Positions 60,615 to 64,000 of a stretch of DNA of 64,000 bases are shown here, in pieces. The notes beneath the pieces are model-generated. The model had not been told where the DNA came from, did no database searches, and saw nothing but the letters and a program-made list of their open reading frames with translations. Origin of the DNA: Chiloscyllium plagiosum (lineage: Eukaryota). The translations under genes were made by a program, and so were the position numbers. The stretch spans positions 8,925,728-8,989,727 of the forward strand of contig NC_057754.1 in assembly GCF_004010195.1 (NCBI RefSeq), written 5' to 3'. Position 1 is the first letter of the stretch. Each line of letters begins with the position of its first letter.

Positions 60615-61216
60615 TCCGACAGAGATTTACCTGCACTTCCACATGTCATCTACTGTGTCCGTTGCTCTCGATGTGCTCTCCTCTACATTGGGGATACAGG
60701 ATGCCAACTTGCGGAATGTTTCAGAGAACATCTCTGGGACACACACTAAACAATCCCACCGCCTTGTGGCCAAACACTTTTAACTCCCCCTCCCACTCCG
60801 CCTGGGCCTCCTCCACTGCCAAACTCTAGCCACCTGATGTCTGGAAGAAGAACACCTCATCTTCCTCCTTGGGACCCGACAATCACACAGGATCAATGTA
60901 GATTTCACCAGTTTCCTCATTTCCCTTCCCCTGACCTTATCCCAGATCCAACCATCCAACTTGGCACCGCCCGGTTGACCTGTCCTACCTGTCCATCTTC
61001 CTTTCCACCTATCCGCTCCACCCTCCATTCTGACCTATCACCTTCACCCCTATTTTCTTCTACCTATCACATTACCAGCTACCTTGCCCCCCAGCCCAGC
61101 CCCTCCTCCCATTTATCACTCATTCCTGATGAAGAGCTTACACTCAAAACATTGATTCTCCTGCTCCTCGGATGCTTCCTGACTGGCTGTGCTTTTCCAG
61201 CACCGCACTCTTCGAC
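60615..61216 (+). mobile_element. Penelope-like 3' part (GIY-YIG remnant, 3' repeat, mutated hammerhead)
   Basis: QRFTCTS..C-RC-LLYIG..EH..VAKHFNSPSH..EEEHLIFLLGT remnant; CTGATGAAGAGCTTACACTCAAAAC at about 61126. Confidence 0.8.
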
Positions 61217-61339
61217 ACTAAGCATAGTAAATAAAGGGGCCTCAAAGTTTTGTTACACAGCTCCAGAATTTTTTTCTTTTGTAGTAAACTTTTTTTTGTT
61301 CAAGCAAAATCTGAAGCATTGCATATTTATGTACTATTA

Positions 61340-61637
61340 TCACTAGACTATTAATCCAGAGATCCAGAATGTTCTGGGAACCCAGGTTCAATTCCCACCA
61401 GTGGAATTTGAATACAATTTTAAAAGACTGGAAGTAAGCGTTTAATGGTGATCATGAATCCATTGTCAATTATCGTAAAAACTCCTCTGGTTCACTTTAG
61501 GGAAGGGAACTGCCATCCTTACATCATCTGGCCTACTTGTGATTCCAGACCCGCAGCAATGTGATTGACTTTTACATCAGGAATGGGCATTAAATGTTAG
61601 TCTTAGCAGCGACGCCCTCATCCCATGAATGAAAAAT
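61340..61637 (+). mobile_element. tRNA-derived SINE, second family
   Basis: B-box-like GGTTCAATTCC, body GGTTCACT..TTTAGGGAAGG-AACTGCCATCCTTAC and tail ATCCCATGAATGAA; other copies at 15110-15285 and 28325-29010. Confidence 0.7.
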
Positions 61638-61683
61638 TGATACAGTTGAGCAGGACAAACAAGGCAAGGGAATGCATAATAAA

Positions 61684-63097
61684 TCAGGTTGTAAATTTGC
61701 TCGCTGAGCTGGTAGATTTGTTCTCAGGTGTTTTGACACCATGTTAGGTTTCATCAGTTAGCCTCCGGTGAAGCGCTGGTGTTCTTCCCCACTTGCTATT
61801 TATCTGTCTCAGTTTGTTGTGGTGGGTGATAGCATTTCTGGTTCTGTTTCTGAGAGGTTGGTAAATGGGGTCCAAATTTACATGTTTGTTAATGGAGTTC
61901 CTGTTTGAATGCCAGGCCTCTAGGAATTCCCGTGCGTGCCGTTGTTTAGCCTGTCCCAGGGTGGATGTATTGTCCCAGTCGAACTGGTGTCCATTTTTGT
62001 CTGTGTGTACGGATACCAGTGATAGTTGGTCATGTCTTTTGGTGGCTAATTGGCCACAAACGGAGCTGCATCAGGACATTATTTAAATGTGGGCGGCACA
62101 GTGGTTAGCACTGCTGCCTCTCAAGCGCCAGAGACCCGGGTTCAATTCCCGACTCCGGCGACTGACTGTGTGGAGTTTGCACATTCTCCCCGTGTCTGCG
62201 TGGGTTTCCTCCGGGTGCTCCGGTTTCCTCCCACAGTCCAAAAATGTGCAGATTAGGTGAATTGGCCATGCTAAATTGCCCGTAGTATTAGGTGCAGGCG
62301 TAAATGTAGGGGAATGGGTCTTGGTGGGTGCGCTTCAGCGGGTCGGTGTGGACTTGTTGGGCCGAAGGGCCTGTTTCCACACTGTAAGTATTCTAATCTT
62401 CTAATCTAAAAAATTCTAATCTAAATGAGCCACAACACATTGCAGCACCCAAGAACTACGAGAAGCTGAATACAACATATTAGTAAGCACAGTCCGTTGA
62501 TTCCTACACAACAGACCTAAATGAGAAGACATAACATGCCCAGAGACCCTAGCCACCCTGTCATACATCAAAGAAATCTCGGAGATGACCAGGGTAGGAC
62601 CAGACTACTCCAGCCCCTAGGCATCATGGTTGCCCACAAATCTACCACTACACTGAAACAACTCCTGATGAATTTAAAGGACCCCATACCAACAACCAGC
62701 AGAATGAACGTCATATACAAAATACCCTACAAGGACTGCAACAATCATGGCATTGGACAAACGGGCAGAAGGCTAGGCATCAGGATACATGTGCACCAAT
62801 TAGCCACCAAAAGACATGACCAACTATCACTGGTATCCATACACACAGACGAAGCGGGACACCAGTTAGACTGGGACAATACATCCATCCTGGGACAGGC
62901 TAAACAAAGACACGCATGCGAACTCCTAGAGGCCTGGCATTCAAACTAGAACTCGATTAACAAACATATCGATTTGGACCCCATTTACCAACCTCTCAGA
63001 AACAGAACCAGAAATGATATCACCCACCACAATAAACCGAGACAGATAAATAGCAAGTGGGGCAGAAGACCAATCCTTCACCGGAGGCTCACTGCTG
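61684..63097. mobile_element. third Penelope-like family with GIY-YIG endonuclease, arranged as inverted partial copies around an HE1 SINE (62091-62423, +)
   Basis: ORF 62521-62949 contains NVIYKIPYKDCNNHGIGQTGRRLGIRI..H..LLEAWHS. Segment 61755-62055 is the reverse complement of about 62795-63095. Confidence 0.85.
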
Positions 63098-63099
63098 AG

Positions 63100-63725
63100 C
63101 CCATCCTTCCTATAATAGTGACCAGAACTGCACACATTACTCCAGAAGAGGTCTCATCAACGTCCTATACAACGTCAGCATGACGTCCCAACTCCTATAC
63201 TCAAAGATCTGAGCGATGAAGGCAAACGAGCTAAACATCTTCTTAACCACCCTGTCTACATATGACACAAATTTCAAAGAATTATGTACCTGAACCCATA
63301 GGTTTCTCTGTTCTACAACACTAACTAAAACCCATTCATTGTATAAGTCCTGTCTGTGTTTGTTTTACCAAAATCTAATACCTTACATTAATCTAAATTA
63401 AACTCCATTGACACTCCTCAGCTCATTGACCCAACTGATCAAAATTTCTTTGTAATCTTAAATAACCTTCTTCAATAGCCACTATACCGTCAATTTTGGT
63501 GTCATCTGCAAACTTACTACCCATGCCTCCTGTATTCTCATCTAAATCATTTAAATAAATGACAAAGAAATGTGTACCCAGTACCAATCCCTGTGGAACA
63601 CTGCTGGTCACAGGCCTCTAGTCTGAAAAACAACCCTCCGCCACCACTCTGTCTGCTGCCATAAAGCCAATTTTGTACCCTATTGGCAAGCTCACCCTGA
63701 ATCCCATGTGATTTAACCTTAATAA
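63100..63725 (-). mobile_element. CR1 RT fragment
   Basis: SVPQGLVLG...YLNDLD...KFADDTK. Confidence 0.85.
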
Positions 63726-64000
63726 TTCATTTTCCTTGGAGCAGAGGAGACATGATTGAGATGTATAAGGTTATAATGGGTGTAAGTAAGGCAGAAAGGA
63801 AGAAACGTTTCCCTTTGATGGAGGAATTAGTGACCAGGGCACAGACTTAGAGGAAATTTAGAGTATTGTGATTCAATTTGTCATTGTCACGTGCTGAGGA
63901 ACAGGGAAAAGTGTTGTCTTACGTGCTTTACAGACAGATCATACTATACAAGTGCAGAAAGAGATGGAGAAAGATATGGAGAAAGACATGAAGACCTGGG

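Overview
Vertebrate, non-mammalian genomic DNA, almost certainly from a shark or other elasmobranch (inferred from many HE1-type V-SINEs and their CR1/HER1-type partner LINEs). The window is a transposon-saturated cluster of tandem C2H2 zinc-finger (ZNF) genes that have no KRAB, SCAN or BTB domain in their coding exons. It holds two apparently intact 12-finger genes on + (10485-11555, 39892-41019), one 14-finger open frame on - that has lost its family start codon (56646-57863), two decayed ZNF remnants and three CpG-rich promoter-like islands. The rest is mostly mobile DNA: CR1, L1 and Rex1 LINE fragments, HE1 SINEs, a pogo/Tigger relic, a solo LTR with a 5-bp TSD, and a Gmr1-type Gypsy element (PR-IN-RT-RH order, SCAN-like Gag) next to a ZNF gene. 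There are also many Penelope-like insertions that carry minimal hammerhead ribozyme motifs and often form fold-back hairpins with clear target-site duplications. One of these is a concatemer whose units join exactly at the predicted ribozyme cleavage site; another duplicated a ZNF stop codon. A tRNA-Ala(AGC) pseudogene lies at 59881-59950. Family names are from motif recognition only (no database searches were run), and boundaries of old repeats are approximate.
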